Assembly: GCA_024224155.1 (NCBI GenBank)
Contig: JAAENP010000095.1
Coordinates: 66,070 to 130,069, forward strand
Length of the DNA stretch: 64,000 nt
Origin: a bacterium
GTDB taxonomy: Bacteria; Acidobacteriota; Thermoanaerobaculia; Multivoradales; JAHEKO01
Reading direction: 5' to 3'
Both the position numbers and the translations under genes were made by a program. The notes under the pieces are model-generated. The model was not told the origin of the DNA. It saw only the letters and a program-made list of their open reading frames with translations, and made no database searches. Of this stretch, positions 21,552 to 31,444 are shown piece after piece; the first letter of the stretch is position 1, and every line of letters begins with the position of its first letter.

Positions 21552-21613
21552 GGACAGATCGGTTTCCTTGCCGCGCAGGTTGACGACGTTGGACGGTTTG
21601 CGGGCGGCGTCCG

Positions 21614-22654
21614 TCAAAGCTCGTGCTCCGATTTTCTTTCGCGACTCATCAGCTCCTCCAGCGCTTCGCGCGGATCCTTGTCCTCGTAGAGTACACGCAT
21701 CATCTGACTGGTGATGGGAATCTCGATCCCATGGCGCTCGGCCAGGCGGGTCAGCGAGCGCGAGTTGCGAATGCCCTCGGCCACCATCGAGGTCTCCGCC
21801 TGGATCTCGGCCAGGCTCTTGCCGGCGGCAAGGGCCATACCGGTGCGGCGGTTGCGGGAGAGTCCTCCCGTACACGTCAAGACCAGGTCGCCCAGTCCCG
21901 CCAGACCGGAGAAGGTCTGAGCCTCGCCACCGCAGGCGACGCCGAGTCGGGTCATTTCGTGAAGTCCGCGAGTGATCAAGGCCGCCACGGTGTTGTGCCC
22001 GAGGTCGAGGCCGGTGACCACTCCCGCCGCGACCGCGATCACGTTCTTGGCCGCGCCGCCGAGCTCGACGCCGACAACGTCGGTCGTGGAGTAGAGCCTG
22101 AAGCTCGGAGTCGCCAGCATCTCGCGCAGGCGCTTCGCAAGCTCGGGAACCTCCGATGCCACAACGGCGGCGGTGGGCGCATTGCGGGCGAGCTCGGCGG
22201 CAAAGGTCGGGCCCGAGAGAACCGCGAACCGGACCTCGCACTCGGCCGCGGAAGCCTCTTCGGCACAGACTTCGCTCATGCGCGCGGTGGAATCGGTCTC
22301 GACGCCTTTGGTAGCGGAGATCAGGGTCGCCGGTCGGGCTCCCTCAGTCCCAGTCCCTCCTGGGAACGGCGCCGCCGCAAGAAAGGCCCGAACGGATTCC
22401 CTGAACCCATGGGAAGGCACGACGACCAGCACGAGGGCGCTGTCGTGGACCTCTCTCAAGTCGTGCCCGACACGGAGATTCTCCGGGAACTCGACGCCGG
22501 GCAGATACCTGTCGTTCTGACGTCTTCTCGCCAACTCACCTGCAAAGGCCTCATCCCGTGCCCAGAGCAGGACCTCGTGCCCGGCATCGGCGAAATGCAC
22601 CGCCAGCGCGGTACCCCAAGATCCCGCTCCGAGCACCCCCAGTTTCCAGGTCAT
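21614..22654 (-). CDS. gpsA: NAD(P)H-dependent glycerol-3-phosphate dehydrogenase
   Basis: MTWKLGVLGAGSWGTALA... is the GpsA family N-terminus. The ATG at 22654 is preceded by GGAGG and overlaps the plsY stop (ATGA). Confidence 0.85.
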   Translation of the reverse strand: MTWKLGVLGAGSWGTALAVHFADAGHEVLLWARDEAFAGELARRRQNDRYLPGVEFPENLRVGHDLREVHDSALVLVVVPSHGFRESVRAFLAAAPFPGGTGTEGARPATLISATKGVETDSTARMSEVCAEEASAAECEVRFAVLSGPTFAAELARNAPTAAVVASEVPELAKRLREMLATPSFRLYSTTDVVGVELGGAAKNVIAVAAGVVTGLDLGHNTVAALITRGLHEMTRLGVACGGEAQTFSGLAGLGDLVLTCTGGLSRNRRTGMALAAGKSLAEIQAETSMVAEGIRNSRSLTRLAERHGIEIPITSQMMRVLYEDKDPREALEELMSRERKSEHEL

Positions 22655-23265
22655 ACCGGTCTTCCTCCCAGGCGCGATTCGGTGCCGGCCCTCAGTCTCC
22701 GGAAGTTGGTGGTGTGGCGCACGAGCACCAGCCCGCAGACGACCGCCGCGGCCAGCCATCCCATTCGTCCCGCGGCCAACGGATAGCCCCACTGCTCCGG
22801 CAAGACCCAGAGCAGCGGAAGAGCGGCCACCGCCAGAATCGATCCCAGCGAGACGATACGCCACACGGCGACGGCCGCGGCGAAGATCGCCACCGCAATC
22901 AACGAAGCGATCGGGTTGAGGGCGCTGAGCGCGCCAAAACCCGTGGCAACACCCTTGCCGCCACGAAACCCGAGAAACGGCGAAAAGACATGCCCCAGCA
23001 CGCAGGCGACGGCGGCCGCCGCCAGAATCCCGTCGGACAGACCGGCGCTCCGCCCGAGCCAGATCGGAACGAAGCCCTTACCGATATCGAGCATCAGGCC
23101 GAAGAGAGCAACGACCGGCCCGGCAGTCCGAAGAGCGTTCGTGGCCCCGGGGTTGCGGCTGCCCACCTGACGCAGATCACTGCCGGTTCTCACCCGAACC
23201 GCCAGGTAGCTGAACGGGATGGAGCCCAGCAGGAAAACCGCAAGCAGAAGCAAGGTCGGATTCAT
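22651..23265 (-). CDS. plsY: Glycerol-3-phosphate acyltransferase PlsY
   Basis: GSIPFSY...GSRNPGATN...GKGVAT motifs. A plsY-gpsA operon. Confidence 0.85.
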   Translation of the reverse strand: MNPTLLLLAVFLLGSIPFSYLAVRVRTGSDLRQVGSRNPGATNALRTAGPVVALFGLMLDIGKGFVPIWLGRSAGLSDGILAAAAVACVLGHVFSPFLGFRGGKGVATGFGALSALNPIASLIAVAIFAAAVAVWRIVSLGSILAVAALPLLWVLPEQWGYPLAAGRMGWLAAAVVCGLVLVRHTTNFRRLRAGTESRLGGRPV

Positions 23266-23873
23266 TCGCTGTCTCGAGTCGCGGAAGCCGTTTCAGGGGT
23301 CCGCATCCCCAGAGGATACGACCGAACCACGCTGTAGTGCACCCCCCGCTCTCTCGGCACGCTCTCGAAAAGGCAGCCGCGGTCCACCGTGAAGGCATTC
23401 TCCCGAAGGCTCCTTGCGGTACCGCCGGATGGGCCGCTGCTCCAGACTTCGCAGGCTCGCCTCGACCAGGGCTTGCGACATCGGGCCAGGGTCAGATGGG
23501 GGGAGAAAGGTCGTCGCTCGATGTCGAAGTCGAGCGACCGACAAGCCTCGGCGACCGCTTCTTGAAGCCGGCCGAGCGCCTTGGACGGCCGGAACCCCAC
23601 CCAGACCACTCGGCCCGGCCGGCCGGCCGGAAAAGTCCCGCAGTGCCCGAGCTCGAGCTCGAACGGGACCTCAGCCGCAAATACCGGGCCGAGCGAATCA
23701 TCCAGGCGCGTCAGATCTCCCTCCGTAACGGTACCCAAAAACACCAGTGTGAGGTGCCGGTTCGGCGCCGGGACCCACCTCGCGGGGGGGAGTCTGGCGC
23801 GCAGATTCGCCAGCGCCTCGGCGAGGCCGACGGTCACCCTCTCGGGGACCTCGAGGGCGATGAATGCCTTCAC
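23262..23873 (-). CDS. thpR: RNA 2',3'-cyclic phosphodiesterase (2H family, LigT/ThpR)
   Basis: Two HxT motifs (HLTLVFLG, HLTLARC). The GTG start at 23873 overlaps the cinA stop. Confidence 0.75.
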   Translation of the reverse strand: MKAFIALEVPERVTVGLAEALANLRARLPPARWVPAPNRHLTLVFLGTVTEGDLTRLDDSLGPVFAAEVPFELELGHCGTFPAGRPGRVVWVGFRPSKALGRLQEAVAEACRSLDFDIERRPFSPHLTLARCRKPWSRRACEVWSSGPSGGTARSLRENAFTVDRGCLFESVPRERGVHYSVVRSYPLGMRTPETASATRDSE

Positions 23874-25165
23874 CCGACGTCCCGCGCGTCGCCATCCACC
23901 GGCTGCCCCTGCGCAGAGGCCTCGGCGCCCAGCAGTCGCCTGCGAAGCAGATCCAGAGCCCACTGCGTCGTCAACCGCCGCACCCGGGCGCGATTGCCCG
24001 GGAATTGAAAGCGACGTTCAACCGTTTTCGGTTCGTCGTCGCCGGCAAGCGCCACGTGCACCGTCCCCACCGGCTTTTCTTCGGAGCCACCTCCAGGGCC
24101 GGCAATCCCAGTAACGGCAAGGCCGAAGTCTGAACCCAGCCTCGCGCGAACGCCAAGAGCCATGGCCTGCGCGACCTGCGAGCTCACCGCCCCATGGTCG
24201 TCGATGACCCGTCGCGGCACTCCGAGCAGGCTGGCCTTGAGCTCGTTCGAGTAGGTCACCGCGGCGCCCAGAAAGTACGCACTGCTGCCGGGAACGGCGG
24301 TCAGCCTCTCGGCGACTCCGCCGCCCGTACAGGACTCCGCCGTGGCCACGGTCTTGCCACCTTTGTCGAGAAGGCGTCCGACCTCGGCCTCGAGCAGGGC
24401 CTCTTCGGCGCGCCCAAAGACGTGGTCCCCGAGGAGCTGCTCCAGCAGCCGCTCTCTCGGTTCGAACCACACGGCTCGCTCATCGGGCGATCCTCCTCGG
24501 GTCAGACCCACCATTACCTCTCCAGGCGAAGGCAGCAGCGAGACTCCTTCGTTGCCGAAGCGGGCGTAGAGCGACTCGAGCCGCTCTTCGAGGTCCGACT
24601 CCGGGATGCAGGCGACCTTGAAGACTCGACGCTCGAAACCACCGCCCGGAGCATGACTCTCGAGCCACGGCACCAGAGTCCGCTCCACCAAGCCGTGGAG
24701 CTCGGTGGGCACTCCCGGGAAAAGAAACAGAGTCGCGTGGGCGTCCTCGATTCGCAAGCCCGGCGCCGTTCCCCTCCGGTTCTCGAGGACCTGGGCACCG
24801 TCGATCACGTCCGCCTGGCGTTCGTTGACCGGCGCCATCTCGCGGCCAAAGCTGGCGAACTTCCTTTGAATATCTTCAATGATCTCCGGATCTCGCACTA
24901 GACGACGGCCCAAAGACCTGGCCACCGCTTCCCGGGTCAGATCATCCCGGGTGGGTCCCAGCCCTCCGGTCACGAGGACCAACGCGGCCTCATCGCGCGA
25001 TCGATCGAGCTCTACCTGGATATCCTCCAGCCGATCGCCCACAATTACCTTGCGCGCGACCTCGATGCCGTAACGGGCCAGTTGATCGGCGAGAAACAGC
25101 GAGTTGGTGTCGCTTCGATCCGCACCGAGGAGCTCGCTGCCGACCGCGATGATCGTTGCTCGCAT
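23870..25165 (-). CDS. cinA: Competence/damage-inducible protein CinA (MoCF-like + CinA C-domain)
   Basis: MRATIIAVGSELL...LVLVTGGLGPTRDDLT, and the C-terminal CinA domain. Start trimmed to the ATG at 25165. Confidence 0.8.
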   Translation of the reverse strand: MRATIIAVGSELLGADRSDTNSLFLADQLARYGIEVARKVIVGDRLEDIQVELDRSRDEAALVLVTGGLGPTRDDLTREAVARSLGRRLVRDPEIIEDIQRKFASFGREMAPVNERQADVIDGAQVLENRRGTAPGLRIEDAHATLFLFPGVPTELHGLVERTLVPWLESHAPGGGFERRVFKVACIPESDLEERLESLYARFGNEGVSLLPSPGEVMVGLTRGGSPDERAVWFEPRERLLEQLLGDHVFGRAEEALLEAEVGRLLDKGGKTVATAESCTGGGVAERLTAVPGSSAYFLGAAVTYSNELKASLLGVPRRVIDDHGAVSSQVAQAMALGVRARLGSDFGLAVTGIAGPGGGSEEKPVGTVHVALAGDDEPKTVERRFQFPGNRARVRRLTTQWALDLLRRRLLGAEASAQGQPVDGDARDVG

Positions 25166-25332
25166 CGCCAGATAATACCCGGATATCGAGGCCACTCTTC
25201 CTTCGTGTCCCCTCCCGACTGGTTCTGCTCGGGAGGACTGGCACTGGCCCGTGAGGGCTGGTTCTGCCCCTGGAGGAAAGGACACCGCGTTGACAGTCCC
25301 TATTGAGCCGCCGTAGCATGTGCCGGCCAGCC

Positions 25333-26382
25333 ATGCGCCGCTTGACTACCGAGCTTTGCGCGATTCCGGTCATTTGCCTGCTGCTCGTTGCGCTGCCTGC
25401 CGCGGCGCGAAGCCACAAGGCGCGGAAGCCGGTGACCGCAATCCAGCCCACCGACAGCACCAGCCACCTGGTGCTGCTGTCGCGCCCGGGCTGGGCCCGG
25501 ATCCAGAGCGATCGGGGCCGTCGCCGGGTGGCCCTTCACCGGGAGGAGACCTCGACCACCGTCGCCGAAACCGTATCGGGCTGGGTCCTCGGCGGCGTGC
25601 GCACGAGCGAGACCGGCAGCTCGGTCTTTCTGATGTCCTCGGCAACCGAAACCGGCGCGCGGCTCCCCGCGCTCGAGCAACGCGACGCGCTGCAGCTACG
25701 TCCGGTGCTTCTAGTTCACGACCGGCGGCTGACTGGAGCGGCCTGGCTGGAAGGCGAGAGTCAGCGCACGATGGCGGTCCGGTTCGCCGAATGGACCGGT
25801 ATCGGTTGGGGACCGGCACGGACAGTCTCGCGACCGGGTCCCGGTAGTCAGACCGGCCTCAGCGGAACCACCCTGCGCAACGGCGACGTGCTGCTGGCCT
25901 GGAGCCGCTTCGACGGCTCAGACGACGAAATCTTCTGGAGCCTGCGCGAGGGATCGACCTGGTCCTCACCGGCTCGCGTCGGAGCCGACAACAGCACTCC
26001 CGACATCACTCCTGCGCTCGCCGCTGCCGGCCGTGGCGCGGCCCTGGTCTGGAGTCGGATGGACGGGGGCGAGTACCGTCTTCTGGCGCGGCGATTCCGA
26101 TCCGGCGAATGGCAAAGCGAGCGGGTCCTGGGCCCTGCCGGATCGGCCTTTCCGACCCTGGTGCGCTCGGACGACACGCTCATGGCGCTGTACCGGACCG
26201 CCCGGCCAAGAGGCTGGTCGGTGACCGAGTTAAACGGCGGATCGCCGATCCCGCGCCGGGGCCGGATCCATGACACCCGAAGTCAAAGGCCGGTCGTCGC
26301 CGGCATCGGCTCCAGCGGACCGATTCTCAGGTGGCTTCGGCCAGGCCGCTCGGCGACCGTACGATGGGGCGTTCGGCGCTGA
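25333..26382 (+). CDS. Secreted hypothetical protein with W-containing repeats (possible beta-propeller)
   Basis: Signal peptide MRRLTTELCAIPVICLLLVALPAAA. It has repeats such as LLAWSRFDGSDDEIFWS and ALVWSRMDGGEYRLLA. No confident family. Its stop overlaps the next gene's ATG. Confidence 0.45.
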   Translation: MRRLTTELCAIPVICLLLVALPAAARSHKARKPVTAIQPTDSTSHLVLLSRPGWARIQSDRGRRRVALHREETSTTVAETVSGWVLGGVRTSETGSSVFLMSSATETGARLPALEQRDALQLRPVLLVHDRRLTGAAWLEGESQRTMAVRFAEWTGIGWGPARTVSRPGPGSQTGLSGTTLRNGDVLLAWSRFDGSDDEIFWSLREGSTWSSPARVGADNSTPDITPALAAAGRGAALVWSRMDGGEYRLLARRFRSGEWQSERVLGPAGSAFPTLVRSDDTLMALYRTARPRGWSVTELNGGSPIPRRGRIHDTRSQRPVVAGIGSSGPILRWLRPGRSATVRWGVRR

Positions 26383-27557
26383 TGAAGAGACTCTCGCCGC
26401 TGCCCATTCTGGCGATAGCAGCCCTTGCGGCCGCCGGAGCGGTGAGCCGGGCCGCCGCCATCGAGATCAAGGTGCTCGCTTTTGGCGATTCGCTAACCTC
26501 CGGAATCGGTGACGAGGAGGCCCTGGGATACCCCAAGAGGCTCGAGCAGAAGCTCGGCGAGGGCTCCACAGTGGTCAACCTCGGTGAGCCCGCCGAGGAG
26601 ACCGCCATGGGCCTCTCGCGGATCGGACCGGCCCTCGGCGAGGGCGGCGACGTGCTCCTCCTCATGGAAGGTACCAACGACGTCACTCACATGGTCGAGG
26701 GAGGGTTATCGGTCGAGAGCACGCTCGCCAACATCGACGCGATGATCTCGAAAACCCGCGAGGCCGGGATCGAGCCCGTACTGTCATCGGTGATTCCAAG
26801 GTCGCCGCGGGCCAAGCGAGACCGGAACAACCGTGTCACGGCATCCTTTGCCGGCGAGCTTCGCGAGTTGGCCATCGGCCGAAACCTCCGCTTCGCCGAC
26901 GCCTACGACCTCTTCGATCCTGAAACCGTGCCCGAGGTCTTCGCGGACTACTACGACAACGACGAGGCAGACCGTGTCGGGCACCTGAACGGTGTCGGAT
27001 ACGACAAGCTCGCGGACGCCTTCGCGGACCTCTTGAACGAGATCGACTCGCAGCCGCCCGTGGTCGGCAACTTCGAGCCCGGATCGCTGCCCAACAAGGT
27101 GCCTGCCAACATCAGGATCAGGATTCCGGTCTACGACTTCAAGAATGGAGACGGGCTCGACCTGGAGGCGACCAGGCTCCTGATCAACGGCAATGTCGTC
27201 GCCGATGGAACCGACGGCAATGGCGACAAAAGGAAGGTGGAGCTGGTCCATCAGGGCAAGAAGGCTCTCGGATGCCGAGCGGTTCTTCGGGTGCTCGCCA
27301 GGGATCTGGCGCAACCGCCCAATGCGCTCGATCGCACGGTCGCGATCTACGACATCGACGGCCGAACCGTCCTACCCGGCGACGTGAACTTCGACTGCTC
27401 GGTCGACGGCGCCGATTTAGTGAGTTTCGCCCTCCACTTCGGGCTCGACTCCACCGACCCCGGTTATTTGCTGACCTGGGACTTCAATCGCGACGGATTC
27501 ATCGACGAGATCGACCTCGATACCCTGTCGCGCAACTTCGGCAAGTCCTCGCTGTAG
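26382..27557 (+). CDS. SGNH/GDSL hydrolase (esterase/lipase) with C-terminal dockerin-like domain
   Basis: Signal peptide, the GDSL block AFGDSLTSG, and the GTNDV block. The C-terminus has two Ca-binding dockerin-type repeats (DVNFDCSVDGADLVSF ... WDFNRDGFIDEIDLDTL). Confidence 0.7.
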   Translation: MKRLSPLPILAIAALAAAGAVSRAAAIEIKVLAFGDSLTSGIGDEEALGYPKRLEQKLGEGSTVVNLGEPAEETAMGLSRIGPALGEGGDVLLLMEGTNDVTHMVEGGLSVESTLANIDAMISKTREAGIEPVLSSVIPRSPRAKRDRNNRVTASFAGELRELAIGRNLRFADAYDLFDPETVPEVFADYYDNDEADRVGHLNGVGYDKLADAFADLLNEIDSQPPVVGNFEPGSLPNKVPANIRIRIPVYDFKNGDGLDLEATRLLINGNVVADGTDGNGDKRKVELVHQGKKALGCRAVLRVLARDLAQPPNALDRTVAIYDIDGRTVLPGDVNFDCSVDGADLVSFALHFGLDSTDPGYLLTWDFNRDGFIDEIDLDTLSRNFGKSSL

Positions 27558-27647
27558 TCGTCGGACGAACCGCCCGGGGCTTCATCACCGACTAGCGAGA
27601 CGAGACCCGGGAAGCGGGCGACTTCCGAGCTTCGGAGAGTCCCTGCG

Positions 27648-29141
27648 CTAGCGCGCGCTCCGACCGCGGCCGGGCGTACTCGCGGAACCCGAAGTTCCGA
27701 TGAGGCGTCCGAGGTCGAAAAGCAGGGCGCCCAGAAAGGATGGCACGAGCAGAAACGCGGGACCGACCAGTCGGTCGTCGGGCCGGTTGACCACCGCGGT
27801 CAGAAGCAGCTGGAAGACCACAAAGGCCACGGCGACACCTCCCACCGCGATCGTCGTCATGCTGAGGATCGCCGGCGACGAAGCCGCCGGAGTCGCCTCC
27901 CGCTGCCGGAGCAGAGCAAGAGGGTAGGCCAATAGCAGCAGGCCGGTGAGAAGGACGTGGCTCGGGCAGGCGACGATGCGCGCCAGCCCACCGGTAAAGG
28001 AGTCGCGGACCCACTTCAAGTAGAGCCCGGGTCTGGCTCGGAAGACCTGGCTCGATAGCGACGAGAACATCCTGTTCATGGTCAGCACCCGCTCGCCGTA
28101 AAGAGGTGGCAGAGTCTTGGGATTCTCTCGCTGTTTGAGCAAAGGGACCTGCAGAAGCTCATCCGGATCCCGGACTCCGCTCGCCATCGCGGTTCCGAGT
28201 GGCTCGGCGATGTAGAAGATGTTCCTCGAGTAGAGTTCGAAAAATGGCCGTGGCGCGCTGTGGAAAGTGAAGGGCCTCATGTTGCGCCGCTTCCGTTCTC
28301 TCAAGATGGCCCAGGCGAGGAGATGATTCTCTTCGGGCAGCTCTCTCAGCACTTCAGCGTCGAGCATCGAGGCCGCGATTCCGATGGCGTTGTAGCCTGT
28401 GAAGCTGACCAGGCCGAATTCCCCGACCACGAAGAGACGGAGCAGACAAAAGAGCAGAAACGGGCCAGTGGTGACGGCCGCCAGTGCCGAGGCAAATGGC
28501 AAGACCCGGAGCGCGGGACCGCGTGCGCAGGCGCCGACGACCACCCCGGCAAGCGGTATCAGAAGCAGCAGAAACAAGCTCGATGGTCGAACCTGGCAAG
28601 CGAGAAAAACAGCGAGCCCGAGCCCGATCCAACGCAGCGCGCTGCCCGGTCTCTTGGCGACAAGTAACAAAAGTGAGACGGCGGTGAGCGCTAATGCGAT
28701 TGCCGGAGCATCGGTCCCGATCCGCTTGATGTATACGAGACCGCACGTATAAAGGAGTGGCGAAGCGATGGCAAGCGCCATCCAGGACGACCCTGAGAAC
28801 TCACGAACTGCGGCATAGAAGAGCGTTACCGCAAGGAAAAACAGAGCCATTTGGATGATAGGGATCAGAGCATAGTCCTCGGAAAGCGGCCCGCAGAGCT
28901 TCAAGAACAGGGGATAGCCGTAGGTGCGAACGCCTGAAAGGGCATCCCGAAGCGAGGTGACTCCTGCCATGACCTCGTAGCTCAGGGTGTCCGGAACTCG
29001 CTGCGGCTCGAGCTGTCCGGTGGTCACGAAGCGCCGAGCCAGGAGCACAAACTGAACGACGAGCCAGAACATGGGCCCGAAAACCCGCGAGAGGACCGTC
29101 CGGGCGCGCGGGGCGGAACGGTCCGCAACGCTGGTGTTCAC
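27648..29141 (-). CDS. Polytopic integral membrane protein, possible GT-C-type glycosyltransferase
   Basis: 497 aa with ≥10 predicted TM helices and long loops. No definitive motif recognised. Confidence 0.45.
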   Translation of the reverse strand: MNTSVADRSAPRARTVLSRVFGPMFWLVVQFVLLARRFVTTGQLEPQRVPDTLSYEVMAGVTSLRDALSGVRTYGYPLFLKLCGPLSEDYALIPIIQMALFFLAVTLFYAAVREFSGSSWMALAIASPLLYTCGLVYIKRIGTDAPAIALALTAVSLLLLVAKRPGSALRWIGLGLAVFLACQVRPSSLFLLLLIPLAGVVVGACARGPALRVLPFASALAAVTTGPFLLFCLLRLFVVGEFGLVSFTGYNAIGIAASMLDAEVLRELPEENHLLAWAILRERKRRNMRPFTFHSAPRPFFELYSRNIFYIAEPLGTAMASGVRDPDELLQVPLLKQRENPKTLPPLYGERVLTMNRMFSSLSSQVFRARPGLYLKWVRDSFTGGLARIVACPSHVLLTGLLLLAYPLALLRQREATPAASSPAILSMTTIAVGGVAVAFVVFQLLLTAVVNRPDDRLVGPAFLLVPSFLGALLFDLGRLIGTSGSASTPGRGRSAR

Positions 29142-29179
29142 CGGCGCAGTCTAGCAGCGGAGTGCGGAGTGGACCTAGC

Positions 29180-30469
29180 CTAACCGGCGGCGATGTGGTC
29201 GCCGATCAGGGGGGGCGGCTCGACCGGCTCGTCGACGATCCGGAAGCAGCCTTCGATGTTCGCCACGATCTCAGGCTGTGGCTCGCGCAAGAAGAGCGTC
29301 GCCAACTCCTGCCCGCCTTCCACTGCTTGGCCGAGCCCCGAACGGAAACGCATCGACACGCCGCCATCGATCCGGTCACCGTCGCGCAGACGCCCGCCTC
29401 CGGCCTGTGCCAGCGCCAATCCCAGGCCCTGCGTGTTCACCTCCGCGAGGTAACCGGATCGCGATGCCGCTACCCCGACCACCGTGGGAGCCAGCTCGAT
29501 GTCCGCCTCCAGCCAACTCGGATCGCCTCCCTGGGCCTCGGCCCAGGCCAGAAACTGGCTTCGGGCCCGGCCCGACGAAACCGCCGCCTCGAGATCCTCT
29601 CGCCGCAACGACACCCCGCTCAGCCTCGACACTTCCAAGGCCAGCGCATAGGTGACTTCCATGAGGTCGGCGGGGCCCTGCCCCTCCAAGCAGCGCATGG
29701 TTTCGAGCACTTCGGAACGGTGCCCGACCCACTCGCCCAGGGGCTGACTCATGTCGGTCAGAATCGCCGACGTTCTCATACCGCAAGCCTCAGCCGTGTC
29801 GACCAGATTCCGGGCCAGAAGCCCGGCTTCCTCGAGATCGGGAATGAAGGCGCCGCTGCCGGTCTTTACATCCAGAACCATTGCAGCAGCGCCCGTTGCG
29901 AGCTTCTTCGACAGGATGCTCCCGGTGATCAGAGGAATCGAGTCGACGGTAGCGGTCACGTCCCGCAGCGCGTAGAGCTTGCGATCGGCCGGAGCCACCT
30001 CGCCGGTGGCCATTCCGATGGCCATGCCGCAGGTTTCGAGCAGCTCAATACAGCGAGCTCGATCGAAGTCCAGATCGAGCCCGGGAATGGTCTCGAGTTT
30101 GTCGGCGGTACCCCCGGTGTGGCCGAGGCCGCGGCCGGTCAGCATAACGACGGGCTGCCCGCACGCCGCCAGGATCGGCGACAGAACCAACGATACCTTG
30201 TCGCCGACACCACCCGTGGAATGCTTATCGGCAAGCGTCGGAAAACGAGAACCGAGATCCCATTGCTCGCCCGACTCCAACATCGCGATCGTCAGAGCCC
30301 GAGTTTCTTCTCCGTCGAGCCCGCGAATCGCGGCGGCCATCAGAAAAGCGCCGAGCTGGGCGTCGCTCCAGGCTCCGCTGGCGGCGCCTTCTACGATCCG
30401 CCGTATCTCGCTCTCTTCGAGCCGATCGCCGTTACGCTTACGGGCCAGAATGGCGTAGGGGCTGATCAT
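29180..30469 (-). CDS. deoA: Thymidine (pyrimidine-nucleoside) phosphorylase
   Basis: KHSTGGVGDK and TGRGLGHTGGTADKLE motifs, ~430 aa. An alternative ATG lies at 30478. Confidence 0.85.
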   Translation of the reverse strand: MISPYAILARKRNGDRLEESEIRRIVEGAASGAWSDAQLGAFLMAAAIRGLDGEETRALTIAMLESGEQWDLGSRFPTLADKHSTGGVGDKVSLVLSPILAACGQPVVMLTGRGLGHTGGTADKLETIPGLDLDFDRARCIELLETCGMAIGMATGEVAPADRKLYALRDVTATVDSIPLITGSILSKKLATGAAAMVLDVKTGSGAFIPDLEEAGLLARNLVDTAEACGMRTSAILTDMSQPLGEWVGHRSEVLETMRCLEGQGPADLMEVTYALALEVSRLSGVSLRREDLEAAVSSGRARSQFLAWAEAQGGDPSWLEADIELAPTVVGVAASRSGYLAEVNTQGLGLALAQAGGGRLRDGDRIDGGVSMRFRSGLGQAVEGGQELATLFLREPQPEIVANIEGCFRIVDEPVEPPPLIGDHIAAG

Positions 30470-30512
30470 GTCGTGCAAGCCGAGGCAGGCGAAGCGTCGC
30501 GGACTCCGGCGC

Positions 30513-31253
30513 TCAGGGAGTCACGGATGAAGGTGCAGCGGACTCGGCCAGCTTACGTCTCGCGTCCGGGGCATAGACCGAGCTCTCGTACTCGTCAACC
30601 AGCCGCTCGTAGGCACCGACGGCTTCATCCGCTCGCCCCAGCCCTTCGAGGGCACGGGCGAGCTCGTACAGAACCGCGTCCGGCGGCAGCGCCGAGCTCC
30701 CCGAGCTCAACAAGCCTCGGAGCTCCTCGACCACCGCTTCACCACGACCCTGGCTTTTGCCCAGGTTGATCAGGTTCATCTGCAAGCGCCCCGCGAGCAG
30801 TGTGTCGTCGACGCCGGCCATGGCCTCACGCCACAGAGCCTCGGCTGTTTCGTCATCCCCGGCGGCGGCAGCCAGGTCTCCGAGGTACGCCGCCGCAATC
30901 GCCCCCAGGCTCTTCCCCTTGAACTCCTCGTGGAGGGCTTCGAAGCTCGATCTGGCCCTCAGGTTACGGCTGGTTTCATCAGGAAATGACGGATCCTTGG
31001 GATCGTCCGGGGTCGGGTTCACGGCGTCGATCGGGGCACTGTGGATTGCCAGAGCCTGCGCCAGCAGGGTATTGGCACGCTCCACCTGGCGGTCGCTGTA
31101 GGCCGTCACGGCAGCGACGATCGCCGCTACGGCAACCACCGCCACAGCGATCGCGAGCAGGCTGCGCCCGTGCCCCCGAACGTACTGAACGGTGCGCCCG
31201 ACCCAATCGAGAACCTCGTCCCGCTTCATGTCCTTGCGTGTCAGTCGACTCAT
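30513..31253 (-). CDS. YfgM-like membrane-anchored tetratricopeptide-repeat protein
   Basis: N-terminus KRDEVLDWVGRTVQYV plus a single TM, then TPR-like helical repeats. UPF0070/YfgM architecture. Confidence 0.65.
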   Translation of the reverse strand: MSRLTRKDMKRDEVLDWVGRTVQYVRGHGRSLLAIAVAVVAVAAIVAAVTAYSDRQVERANTLLAQALAIHSAPIDAVNPTPDDPKDPSFPDETSRNLRARSSFEALHEEFKGKSLGAIAAAYLGDLAAAAGDDETAEALWREAMAGVDDTLLAGRLQMNLINLGKSQGRGEAVVEELRGLLSSGSSALPPDAVLYELARALEGLGRADEAVGAYERLVDEYESSVYAPDARRKLAESAAPSSVTP

Positions 31254-31278
31254 CGATTCACTGCCTGACTCCCTGAGT

Positions 31279-31355
31279 TGGTGCGGCTGGGAGGACTCGA
31301 ACCCCCGACCTAGAGCTTAGGAAGCTCCCGCTCTATCCAGCTGAGCTACAGCCGC
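31279..31355 (-). tRNA. tRNA-Arg (anticodon CCU)
   Basis: The reverse complement GCGGCTGTAGCTCAGCTGGATAGAGCGGGAGCTTCCTAAGCTCTAGGTCGGGGGTTCGAGTCCTCCCAGCCGCACCA forms a cloverleaf with anticodon loop TTCCTAA and an encoded CCA. Confidence 0.85.
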
Positions 31356-31444
31356 TCAAAGACCGAAGATACTACCCCAGCAAACGACGACGGACAAACA
31401 CTCGACATCTCTGCGGCACCGCCCCCTCGGAATCAAGAATGCAG

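Noticed and set aside
21552-22241. N-terminal extensions in the ORF track (guaA 742 aa, gpsA 416 aa, nnr 609 aa, cinA 471 aa, lysS 591 aa, apt 233 aa, ltaE 469 aa).
   Set aside because: - The extensions lack homology, are Arg-rich, and run into upstream genes.
- Conserved N-termini, RBS-like motifs and stop/start overlaps support the shorter forms.
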